This document shows, piece by piece, positions 26,065-37,437 of a stretch of DNA of 64,000 nt. The notes below the pieces were generated by a model. It worked only from the letters and a program-made list of their open reading frames with translations, was not told the DNA's origin and did no database searches. The stretch's first letter is position 1; each line of letters opens with the position of its first letter. The stretch comes from Schizochytrium sp. TIO01. Taxonomy: Eukaryota; Protista; Bigyra: Labyrinthulomycetes. The stretch covers positions 7,670,761 through 7,734,760 of the forward strand of contig SMSO01000031.1 of NCBI GenBank assembly GCA_004764695.1. Direction: 5' to 3'. Both the position numbers and the translations under genes were made by a program.

Positions 26065-26491
26065 TGCTCATCTACGAGCATGTAAATGTGCACCCAGATC
26101 TCATCACGCTGCCCCAGCTGAGCTCCACGCGCACAACCTCCTTACGCATTCACGTGTAGAACACCTTCTAGACAAAATAGACTCTAATATGTCATAGGTA
26201 AGCGCTCACTCGCACCTGAGACTGCAGAACCCATTTGTTTGGGAGTTGCACTCTTTCAACGGACACATATGAAAGGACTTCGAAAAAGTATAATATAGCC
26301 TAGCAAACTCGTAGACTTCTACCTAGATGCCAAAGTTCAGGTCATATAGTATGGAGTATCTAAGTTGCGTATGAAAGCAAAGCTGGGACAGCTGGGTTGC
26401 TTGAGATTTCAGGAAAGGTAGCTGGGAGGGAGTACAGAAGCATTCAAGAATTGGAGTTGTAATTTCATTTTTAGTGTTCGGAAAAGCCAGG

Positions 26492-27291
26492 ATGTTTGTG
26501 CGTAGCGACTTGTTCCTGACTCTGCATCTTGACCCGCGACAGCTCTTACTTACAGCTCGGGGCGTTCAGGTCGTTGGCGAGTACTTTCGTTTGCTCGATG
26601 TAGCGTGCCAGGTACGTTGACAATGTCTCATTGCGCATCAATTTTATACTTTTTCTTGATTTGAGCAACTAATACGAAGGCTTGGTCGATCTTCGCAATT
26701 TACTATACAACATTTTCAGGGAGAACTGGACGATTTAGCCTTCACAACCTTTTTGCAATGTTCTACCGACTTGAACGAAAAGGAGGCATATAAAGTTTTC
26801 GATCTATTTGATGTTGACAGCAGTGGAACAATTGGATTCGATGAATTTTATTTAATTGCTTGCATTCTCATCGCAATTAAGGTACGTAGGTTTGTGGAAA
26901 CAGGGACTGAAACCAATTTATTCAATAGCTCGATAAACTGACTCAGAGTGGATGGAGATGAAAACGAACTATCATTTTACAAATATTTTTACCTGTTTTG
27001 CGGAGATAGGATAACCAGCAAAAACAGTTCTTGTGGAATCATTCTCGGACTTGTTTCGAACTGATTGATACCGATGGAAGTAACTCAGTGTCACGGCCAG
27101 AGTTCGAAACTTTTGCATTTATGTTTAACATCAGCAGACGCGCTTCCAGAGATATTTTCTCAGATTTTGATAAGGATCGGAGCGAAGAGCTAGATTATGA
27201 GGAGTTTCGCATGTTTACAATGGCTTGCCTCGATAAACAATTTGAAATTGACAGTGGTTTGCATCCAGCTCAATCACAAATTAACTTCTGA
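26492..27291 (+). CDS. EFCAB9: EF-hand calcium-binding protein EFCAB9 homologue, 187 aa; exons 26492-26611, 26720-26881, 27010-27291
   Basis: Two canonical phase-0 GTACGT...AG introns (108 and 128 nt). The spliced product MFVRSDLFLTLHLDPRQLLLTARGVQVVGEYFRLLDVACQGELDDLAFTTFLQCSTDLNEKEAYKVFDLFDVDSSGTIGFDEFYLIACILIAIKDNQQKQFLWNHSRTCFELIDTDG...DFDKDRSEELDYEEFRMF aligns by eye along its length with vertebrate EFCAB9 as I recall it (LYLDK..LLS.RNV..L.EYF.ILDV...FYMLVC.L.A...QF.YRHSRPVFDLLD). Confidence 0.85.
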
Positions 27292-27524
27292 GAGAAAGCA
27301 TTATTATACCTGTGCACAATATATAGTCCTCGTGATTACAAAAACATATTTTATGTCTGTATAAAACATATTTCCAAAACTCATAACATTCAAATAGCCT
27401 CCATTTGTCGACGCGAAGATTTACCTGCTCCAAAATTTAATTAAGCACTTCCGCTACAAAATTTTCGATTGTTCACAGACAATTGAAAATGAAACTAGAA
27501 TACAAAATGTTGAACAGATGAATG

Positions 27525-30500
27525 TTAATCTTGAGACTTTGATGGCATCTTTTGATCTTGCAGATTTTTTGTTGCGCTAGTAAATGCACGTGAAAGGTGC
27601 TGAGATTCAATCCATTGGCTTGCAAGTAGATCAAACGACTTTCGTAGTTCATTTTCGATTTCGACGGCATCGCTAGCATCGCCCTCTGCAAGGCTACGTG
27701 ACTTCATTTTAATCTGGGTACGTGTTTGAGAAAGCTTCTTATTCAAATCTCGAGATTTCTGCAGTAACTTGGAAATGTGCAGCATGGTAGATTCAGTGTA
27801 ACCCGTGCGAAAATAACTTGTTACACCTATCGACTTTGATAGCGTATCATCTTTGCTTGGTGTGCTAGAGTTCGATTGATCATTCTTTTCAGAAGTTGCA
27901 TCAGATGGTAATTTCGTGTCAGCATATCCCACCTCAGTACTCTTATCTTTTCTCTGACAACTCCTCTTGGGCTCAGATTGGCCCCACAGAACAAGTTCGT
28001 CATCACTATCATTGTCTATATTCGATTCTTCTTGATCCTCTGCAACCGACCGAGGGTCAGAATCTGCGCCCTGGTGTTCCTCCTCATGATCACGCATTTG
28101 AGAGGCATCCAAGTTATTAAAGGCTGGCGCTACTACAGCAGCCCCTTGCTCCTCGCGCTTTTCTCTCTGCTTCTCAGTAAGGTACGTCCCGCGTTTCCGC
28201 TTTGCAACCGGGGGGGTAGCAACGAATCCCTGGGAGTCGACTTTCATTGAAGGCAAACGCACAAGTTCTGGGCGAAATATGCCCTGACGTGCGAAGCACT
28301 CTTTCCACAGCTCTTCCTTTTTCGTTGTATCCAGCCCAGTTCTAAGAAGTGGTTTAATTCGATCTGCTAGCTCTTGAGTAAATATTTTGACATCCGAAAC
28401 ACTCGCGCTTGCTTTGGACAGGGTCACCATACCTTCGATACATGCATCTGCCACCCGCGACAACCCTTGCGGACGAGTCTGAATTGTTTTGGTAACTTCA
28501 TAGATCTGCTCAATAAATATCTGTAGACCGTGCTTTTGTCGTTTCAGTATGTTGACCATGTCATGCAAAAGATCAACGGCTTTGTGAGCTCTCGATGCGA
28601 CTTCAGGCAAACGCAGGAACTGAGACAGCATAACCTTGTAATAATCAACCTCGAGTGGGACAGGTCGAACATCTTTAAGTTGCTGTTGAATTTGATGATT
28701 ATTGCCTTGTAACGGAGATGCCGGGGTAGGCGAAACGGAGGAGAGCGTGGGGTTTCTAAGTTCATTTAGCCAGTCCCAACACTCGCTTATACTAACGTTT
28801 GCAAGCAATAGTGCAGCATCGAACATATCACGAACTACACGACCTTTATCGACATTCTTGTTTTGGAGCACTGCTTGCTGCGCAACGTAGGCCAGATTTG
28901 CTGAAGGCACTTTACGCCACTGTGGTAAAAGGTCATCATGTAAAAGTTGTTCAGACAGTTCTTGAGCCAAGGTCTTGGCAAATGCACATGGAGGCTTTGA
29001 AGAGAGTTTAGATAAGACTCCTCTAAAAATAACATGGGGTGGGAACTTCTGCAAAGTATATTTAATAAGCGCCTGGCGGTACCAGCTCTCCTCAGAGCGC
29101 CAAAGCGAGAGGTGTGCCAGCCCACCAAGAGCTTGTTTTGATTTTTCTGAGTCCTTAGATGGAAAGGAGTCCACTAAAACCCGTTGGAAGTTCTCAAATC
29201 CAATCCAAGCTGCAACAGCTTCATCCAGTGATGAAAAGCTTGTGTCAAGAGAACAGAACTGATTTGTCTGGTTGATATAACGCTTCGTTAAGAATGGAGC
29301 TTGTAGGAAGGTTTGAAAAATTCGAGCTCCAGCACGGCAAGTTTCGACATTGCAGGTTGCTCGAGGATAGAGTCTTTGTACCAAAACTACATCCGCGAGC
29401 TGTGTGCTAAGAACACGTGTTAAAGACTTGTGATTGAAAAGGTTGCAAACAATCTTAGCCATATCACTAGGTTCGCGAGCTGATTTGAAATAGTTCACAA
29501 GAGCCACACATCCTACAAAACGTACAAGTTCTGCTACCATTCCCGCTTGCTCATTAGAGATATGTAAAAACTCGCTCGTATGTCGCTTGGCTCTTTCCAG
29601 AAGAAGAGAGCATCGTTGTTTACGTGATTTGTATGTACAGCGCTCTAGGAATGCAACAATGTCTGGCAGTGCAACCATAAAAGATTCAAATGAGTGCAGT
29701 TTGGCTTGAATCACTTGAACAGGAAGATAGTTTGCACTATCACTAGTGTCCAGGCCAAGCAGGAAAGAGGACCGCACTTGTGCTGTTTCTTCTAACGCTT
29801 GTTTTGGCGACCTTTCAGCTAGTATATGCTCAATGAATGCGATAGTCCAATCACAAGCGGGTGTAATATTATCCTGTTTAGAGAAACCCTTGCTCAACAT
29901 TTTAAAGACAGGGGCAACCACGTCTTGCCACGCACATACATTCATACTCCTAGGTGGTTTTATAGAACTTTCTTCCCCAACTGGAACGGACGGCGTTTTG
30001 TTTTGAGAGAGTGAAAGATCAAACTGTGCTGCTTTTAAAGACCCAAGCATGTAGCTCCAGACTTCCAAACGCTTAGTTAGCATAGAATCTGTACTGCTCC
30101 GGTTTCTAAACAGAATTTTTTTATGGATTCTTGAAGAAATCGAAGAAATGGATTTGGATTTGTGACGTCTTGATGTGCAAAGCGTGCGCCCTCAATAAGG
30201 TACATAACGTTTCGCCAAGATTTAATACGATTTACATCAGAAAGGTGCGCAAAGCAAGACAAAAGGGTTTTAATACCTTGACGTATAGTTTTGTCCGCTG
30301 TATGCGTTAGCCAAGGGGAGATTCGTGGCATGTAAATAGCAAAATATGCACAAATCTGGCTAGCTTCGTCTTGACTATAATTCATATCAACTTCAAGCGG
30401 TTTCGAAACACTTTTGTCTGTGTTTGCAGCTGATGTCGATGCTGATAGAGAGGAAATCCATTTGTAGAGAGTGATGAGATTTCCTTTCCACTCTTGGAGG

Positions 30501-31519
30501 CGAACGAGTTCACGTCCCTCTTGAACTTTAAGTGAATCTGCAACCCATAAATTCTTTGTGTCTCTCCATCTCAAGAGGGCCGGTGTAACCCTTTTCCAAA
30601 ATGCAAGCACGTTCAAATGTCTTTGTTGTGCTTCAATGTCATTTGGTGTCGCAGTACAGCACCTGGGTGGTAACAGGTTTGATAGTAGGAGGTGAAAGAT
30701 CTTGTGTTCCCTAAAGTTCACAGTTGATAGAGCATCCGGTGCTGCTAAAATCACATCTCCCAGAGCATGAAGTGATCTAGACAGCAACTTAAGTGTCGAC
30801 ACCTGCTTTGAATTGAGTTTGGTCTTCTTAGCTGGCACATTGTCTTGTTCTCTTGTCTCATTTACCAGCACATCTCGACTATGATTCTGCTTATACGTTT
30901 GGGCTGCATTTGTGGATTCCTTTGAGGCTATCGGGCGTGACAGATCTTCAGTAGTATTTGCGATCGCATCATTGGTAATCAGTGCCAGTGGTTCTTGCAA
31001 TAACTTTATGCAGCCGTCAACTACAAAAGGTGCTGCAAGCTGCCAGAACCCTTTGGAAGACTTCTGCCTGAAATTTTCATTAGCCAGAGCTTCCCAAAGT
31101 TCCTCTGAAGCTGACATTTCTGTCTCGACGTTTTCGCACATTGGAATGGTTTGTGAGAGCATTCCAAGAGCTATTAGATCCATGAAGGCCTGCTCTTGAG
31201 CCTCGAGATCACTCCCAGGTCTCTGGACTAACCTCAGAAGTTCTTGAGCTGCATTTGAGGATACAGGAGATTCCCCACTTTGAGCAATTTGCACGAGTGT
31301 GTAGCGCCACCGCGCTCCATGTTTGCTCAAGGCTTCTTTTTGATAAAGCCCGTTCTCAGGTTGATGGTTATTTTGATCGCTGTCCTTGCTATGGTAGTCG
31401 ATTTGATTATGCTCAGATCCAACAGGTTTATTAAAAACCTCAGCAAGCTCGGCCTGAATCTCTCTGAATGCTCGATCCGCTCCACCCAGCGCCTCGCCAG
31501 CGCTTGCGGCCGAAAACAT
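27525..31519 (-). CDS. RIF1: RIF1-like protein (Rif1_N helical repeat region), ~1,331 aa; one -1 frame break at the A7 run 30116-30122
   Basis: Joins ORFs 30077..31525 (ATG at 31519) and 27525..30083. Long helical N-terminal region, then GFVATPP...LTEKQRE...PAFNNLDASQ, matching the conserved RIF1 segment (FVFIPP...LT.HQKEV...PAMYNNLD.SQ) that follows the HEAT region. Confidence 0.7.
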
Positions 31520-31810
31520 TAACAAGAATTCTCGTTTGATCTTGATTGAGTTTACTTATTTGCTTCACGTGTCACTCTCAATTCTTATTTTTTTTTGTAT
31601 TTTTTTGTTGTTGGCATTCTTGTTTTGTCAAATTGGGGACAGTCACCGGGGCTAATATCGACACTTTGCCTTAGGCTCCAGCCTTGGCTTCTTCTCTGCT
31701 GACGCGATCATCTTTCTATGTGGCTCTTCTGTTAGAAAGGCTTGGGTCCTCTGTCTTCATCGTCAAAACCCACTTTATCTTGAAGTTTCATCAAATATTG
31801 TCGTTTCGTC

Positions 31811-34800
31811 ATGGACAAGACTCCCTCAGGTTATTTTGTTTCTTCTACTTCTGCTGCCGCTTCTGCATCATCCCCCAATGTACCATCCCTTGCCTTGGGT
31901 GCCTCCACTTCCCCTGCTCCCATTTCTCGTAATTCCGGCCGTATCGAAGCCTCAGAATGGCAGCTCATAAGGTCTGATCAGGCTCGCCTTGAGAATCTTC
32001 AGCGCCGCTCTCGCGACCTTTCGACGCTCGATTCAATCTCCTCAACTTCTAAAGCACCTCGGAATGCTGCCCTTGACGAAATTCGCGAGGAGATTGAGCA
32101 AATTTGTGCTTCTTGGACCAGATCTCCTCGTTTCGAAGCTCTTTTGCGTCGCTGTGAAAAGCGACCTCTTGCTCTTGCGCTTCTGAACAGAATTTTTCAG
32201 TCCAGAGCCTTCGCGGCTATGCACCAGACTTGTCCTGATCTCCCCCGTGAGCTTCTCAACTCTTTAGCTTCAATCTATCGCAGGCACCATTCGGAAATAT
32301 CTGCTCTAGACCATACTCGTTCGGCGAAGGCGAAGAACATGTGCGACATAAGTCTCTTTTGTGTGTGTAGACTTTTTGAGAATCTTGACGCTTCTGCTAT
32401 CTCAGTAGATATGCTTACAGATCTCGCAGATCTAGCTCGAAGAAGTGTGTCCATTGCCAACACCTCCTTCAGACTCGCTGTGCGTGGCATGGAGCTCTCT
32501 AAGTTCGTGTCGGTAAGACTAAGATCAGTTCTTGCAAGAACTGATCTTGAAAAGTCAACAGCGGCACTCAATGATGCCAAAAAGGACCTTGAGCAGTGCT
32601 TTCGATATGGACTGAGACTAATGTATATTCCGAGAAAAAAAAGGCCCTTCGAGGCAGCGCAGGAGATGCTGCTGGCGAGCCAGTGGCTTACGATTCCATG
32701 GACAGGATCGGAACTGATATCATCGTCAGGAGTGTCCACATCTACATCAACAACGCAAACATTGACTAAACCAACCCTAACACAAAGTGGTGGAAGTTCG
32801 CATAGGTCTGGCCCACTATGTGAATTGCAAAGAAGGATAGCGAAGGTGCTACGGCCACATCAGTGGTTGCTGGAACCGCTACCAAGTAGGAAAATAGTAG
32901 AGATGCAAGTGAAAGATCTTGGATGGTCTCAAATGGAATCTCGTACTGCGAGCTGGCGCAGGAATACCCTGCGCACGTATCATCATTACCGACCAGGACT
33001 CGACCTCGTTCAAGGTCAGGCTGGACTTCATGCCTTGTGGCTGCGGGTGGTTGCGAATTACGACCTTGTATCTGAAGCCGCCTTTTCCAAGATCAATCCA
33101 TGTTCGAGTGAGACTCATCCTCCTAATTGTCATGCTGCCCAGACATCCCGCCGAGCAGAGCGTCTGGTCAGTTTAGCAGTGCACAGTACGGGTAACAGCA
33201 ACAATAAAGCTGTTGCAACCTATGGTAGCGCAATTGGTGACATAGCAAAATCCGTGTCACACCTTTCAACCGCTGCAAGTACAGTTGCTCCAACTGATCC
33301 AGACAGCGATTGATGCCTTCTCCTGCACAACTCAGGCTGTTCTCGCTTTCGGAGCTATTCTTCTAACATACAGTGGCTACCCTCAAAAGACAAGCGACAA
33401 AACCTTGGAGGACGCGCTGGAAAGAGAGGGGGATAGTGAGGCGTGCTTGCTTCTTCACCGTGCCATGCCAAATCTCATCAAAGCCAGCTCAAATCCGCAG
33501 GATTGTCTTCTCCCAGCTCGTTGCCTCCTCATAGCGTTCACAGAACAACATCTTGGGGAGCACGCAGCCATGACCAACGCTCGCACAGCAATAATTGACC
33601 ACGCGAGTCATTTGATGCACTTATTTGGATCAATTTGCAGCGTTTCAGATGATGCTCAGTTTAAAGAAAAATGCTTTGCAATCTGGACATTCACCATCGC
33701 CAGTATTTCTCCAACACTTACTCGAGGACCTTGATGTATGGGATTTATGTACCGCACCTGTTCTTAATGCAGCGAACGCAACAATGTTTTTTCGTAATAG
33801 CTCCCAGAACCAATCTTGGATGGCTGAGTTTCTTTTCAATGCAAACCCGTCAGAGCGTCCCATGAACGAGCAATCAAATAAATACTTCTCACGCGCCTGC
33901 GCTCTAAATGTACGAAACCTAGCTAAACCTGTCGAAGTAACTCTTGTCTTCCGTTCCGAGGAGCTCATGAAAACTATTTGGACGCATCGACTTGAACTTT
34001 GTGTGCAAGCTTTCATTTGGCAGAAAGAAATCAACATCGGACCATCTGCTCAACACCTTGTCCGTGAATTAATGGTCACAAAATACAGTTCTCAAGCCCT
34101 AATAGCTATGAAACGTGAGCCCAAACTTTTGCGGCTTCTTGAGCTCAATGAAATTCAAGAGATTGCTCGTAAATTAGGTTGTGGCTCAGACGCACAGTTT
34201 ATTTGGAAAAAGGCAAGGGAAGTTGCACCTGGTAAAGCCGTATTAGCTGCTAATTTGCAGGACTCCGTGGAACTGTTGGAAACTTGTTTTCCTGAATCTA
34301 AACGGGAGCGTTCCTTACAACCCTTGGCTTCACGGGCAGTTCGGGACAGTACCTTTGTTGACCAAGTCCGCAAAGCACCGAGACTATTGGTCTCTATTCT
34401 GAGATATAATGCTCTGCGTAACATTTCTCCGGGACAAAAGGTTAGGCTGCTTCGATTAGCTGTTGTTGGGATTCGCTCCTGGAATGCTAAGATGGCTTCA
34501 ATTGTCTTTGATGATATAGGAACTTTGGCCCAACAAGAGAGGCTCTTTGATGCAGGTCTCACACTAATCATCGACAATCCAGCGTTTGTAAAAAGCTTCT
34601 TCAAAATTCTCTTTGCCGAAACCTTAGACTCAACTCTACGCGCAGCCCTTTTTGATACAGAGGGGGAGATGCTTGACGAGCTCATAGTCTTAACGCAGCG
34701 AAAAGCAACAAGCAATCGCTTGGTCTCGCGAATTATGGCGGAAACCAAGTCAGGAGATCCCATCGATCTAATCGACTCACAGGAGTCTACTAGCTCACTT

Positions 34801-37143
34801 CACCATGGTCCTGCATTTGCCGACGCAAACAAGGACAATTACCTCTTTCGCTACCCACCTGATGGAGGTCATCGCGTAACTTATGTAGGAGACACAGAGC
34901 TTGACATTGTGAAAACAAAAAATCGACACTTTAACGATGCCCTTGTTCAGTTTTACTTTCTCTGGTGTAAACGAGAAAAATACAAGTCTTACTACGAAAC
35001 TTTTCAAGAGTCTATTTTCGTGTTTGACTCACTTTTCTTCTCCAAGATGATGGCGAAATTTTACGATAAAAAGACTCGAAACACTGACGAGGTGTACGCA
35101 GAGGTTGCTTCATGGTATCAAAATGAGGAACTCTTTGCCAAGGACATGTGGGTTATTCCTATTGTGTATGAAATGCATTGGTCTCTTTTGCTAGTCTGTG
35201 ACGTACAGACTGACAATCCTATTCTTGTTCATCTGGATTCTATTGGTTCACATGAGAGCGTAGATATTGAGCGTATTTGTCGAGCGTTTTGGCGACGTCG
35301 TGCCGAGGCAACATATAGACCGTCCCAAACACCACCTTCGTCACCCCACTTAGTTCGTGTTCAACCACCCCGACAGGAAAATGACTATGATTGCGGCCCC
35401 TTCATTTGCAAGTACTATGACCAAATTTTACGAGAGCTCTTTGTTACAAAAAGGCTTCAGCTTGGAGATATGGTTGCTTGCATTGACAAGGTTATTCAAC
35501 CACGCTGGTTTGCAAAGTCTGCAGCAACACGAAAGGAAGAAAGGATCAGCAAACCCGAGTCTAATACCAGTATGAAGGAGGGTGCTCCTTCGGTGGTGAC
35601 TCGAGATTCTGCCAAGGCGAAGCATTTCGGCAAAAATCCTGTTGGAGGTGAAATTCGGACCCAGTTACTTCGACTGATTGAAGAGAAATCCATGGAGGCT
35701 TCTCAAAATAACTCACACGGATCTGTATCTTCAACCTCTGTTGGCCAGGAAGGTGGCGAATCATTAGGTCATTCTAGCGTTCGAAGCACATCCAATTTCG
35801 ACTTTGATCCGCGGGCCTACATCAAGCTATCAACTTTATTGTTTGAAAGTACACAGGATTCTAACATACGCAAGCAAATATGGGACTGCATTTATAGTAT
35901 CGAAAGCAAACGTCATCGAAAGGATGGCGGATTCGCTGAGGCGTTAGTGCGTGCATATCATCGGTATCTTCCAGGTTCATCAGAACTTGCGCCAGAAGTT
36001 TCAATTCTAATTGAGTTTGTTGACCCAGATCGCTTCAACGAATTGCTTTTAGTTGCCGTCTGGCCTCTCCTCAAAGCTTGCTCTATGCGTTCTACTGAGG
36101 AGAGGATTTGCTCAGCAATTATTAAATACATAGAGCGCAACTTGCACCCTGGGAGCGGTTATGAGTTGCCTCATGGCTCAGAAGCAGAATGGTTTTTTAA
36201 GCTTGCTTCTGTGCGGGTTGAGACATTGTTATGGCAACGTTTTCAAAATCTTCAGAAGTCGATGAAACGTTCAGTAGCCTTGAAGAACTCTGCACCTGCA
36301 AGACCTACAGGGGATACAAACGCCCTTACCTTTGTCCAAGCGGGGGCTACCTCTCAGCATTCTAAACACAATATACCCAGATCTAAATTACAGACTCTAA
36401 TGAGAACAGACGATGACGGTAACGACGGTGATCACGGTGGAGTTTGCAGTACGAGTAATCATCAGGATAATACTATGCATCCCTCTAACATAGCTAAAGA
36501 AATCCTGATAGAATCAAGAGACAAACCTAGAAAGTCCGGCAGCAGCGACAACGTATCTATCAAGGAGGTAAACGAAAAAGACTCAACATCTGTTTTTGAT
36601 CGAGGTAACGATTTGACTGTAGAAGAGCAAATAAAGAAGGGTACAAATCATCCACTGGATGATTTGGTAGATAGCCAAGAATCAAGTTTGGATGAAGACC
36701 CATCTTCCCACGCAAATGAAGACAATGCCGTCGTAGAGATACTTGACTTCGATGGTGATTCTCATGATGATGATTTGGTACTAGGGATAGACATTAGGAA
36801 GCAGCCACAGAGTTCAGAAAAAAGAAAAGCAGATGTGCAAGAAAATGAAACAAAACCATCTTCTCTGGTTGCCTTGTCAGGACGAAAGCGCCTTACAGCT
36901 AAGCCTTTAAGTCCTATGATTGCAAAGAGGAAAAGGACTATAGTACATAACTCTGCCGATTTAGAGTCTACAGAGGGTCCAGAAGACTACCCGATTGATC
37001 CATCAGATCTTGTACAAGTAAGATTTGCGCTCGATCAAATTGTGGGGCAACCTGAGCGGCTCTGCGTTTATAAAGATCGTTTTTTATCAGCTGCACAGTC
37101 TTTGTGGGATCAACTAGAAGAAGAACGCAACACCTTTTTTTAA
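31811..37143 (+). CDS. Ulp1/SENP-family (peptidase C48) SUMO protease with long helical N-terminal region, ~1,776 aa; two +1 frame breaks (~33246-33313 and ~33690-33734)
   Basis: C48 motifs FNDALVQFY, IFVFDSLFF, IPIVYEMHWSLL (His), LVHLDS (Asp) and PRQENDYDCG (Gln/Cys) in ORF 33625..37143. ORFs 31811..33313 and 33285..33734 overlap sequentially in +1 steps, and the two downstream ORFs open at TTG rather than ATG. Confidence 0.8.
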
Positions 37144-37437
37144 TGATGATATGATATGATATGATACTGGTCTTTGGAAGTTAATCTTTCTTATCGAAAC
37201 CATTTTGTTTGTTTCAGGTACAGTAATATAATAACATTTCAGTTTGTACGTACGCACTCGTGTATATTTTGCATGTGTACTCTATGTGTTGCAGCCTCCA
37301 ATGCTTATTTCTCAAACAAGAGGTTAAGTTTCTTCTTTTTCTTTTTCTTAGAAACAAACAAACAAAAACAAAAGCAAGACGTGAGTACAGACTAAATAAC
37401 TAGGTATATCTCAAGATATTGCGTGAATGACCCCATC

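Noticed and set aside
13658-33734. Introns as the explanation of the frame breaks
   Set aside because: Protein-like sequence runs up to both sides of each break (most clearly at the split WW domain), and I see no AT-rich GTA...AG segment like the >100-nt introns elsewhere in the window.
13658-37143. Calling the four broken genes pseudogenes
   Set aside because: There are no in-frame nonsense codons over many kb and the SENP catalytic motifs are intact; single-base indels alone do not show decay.
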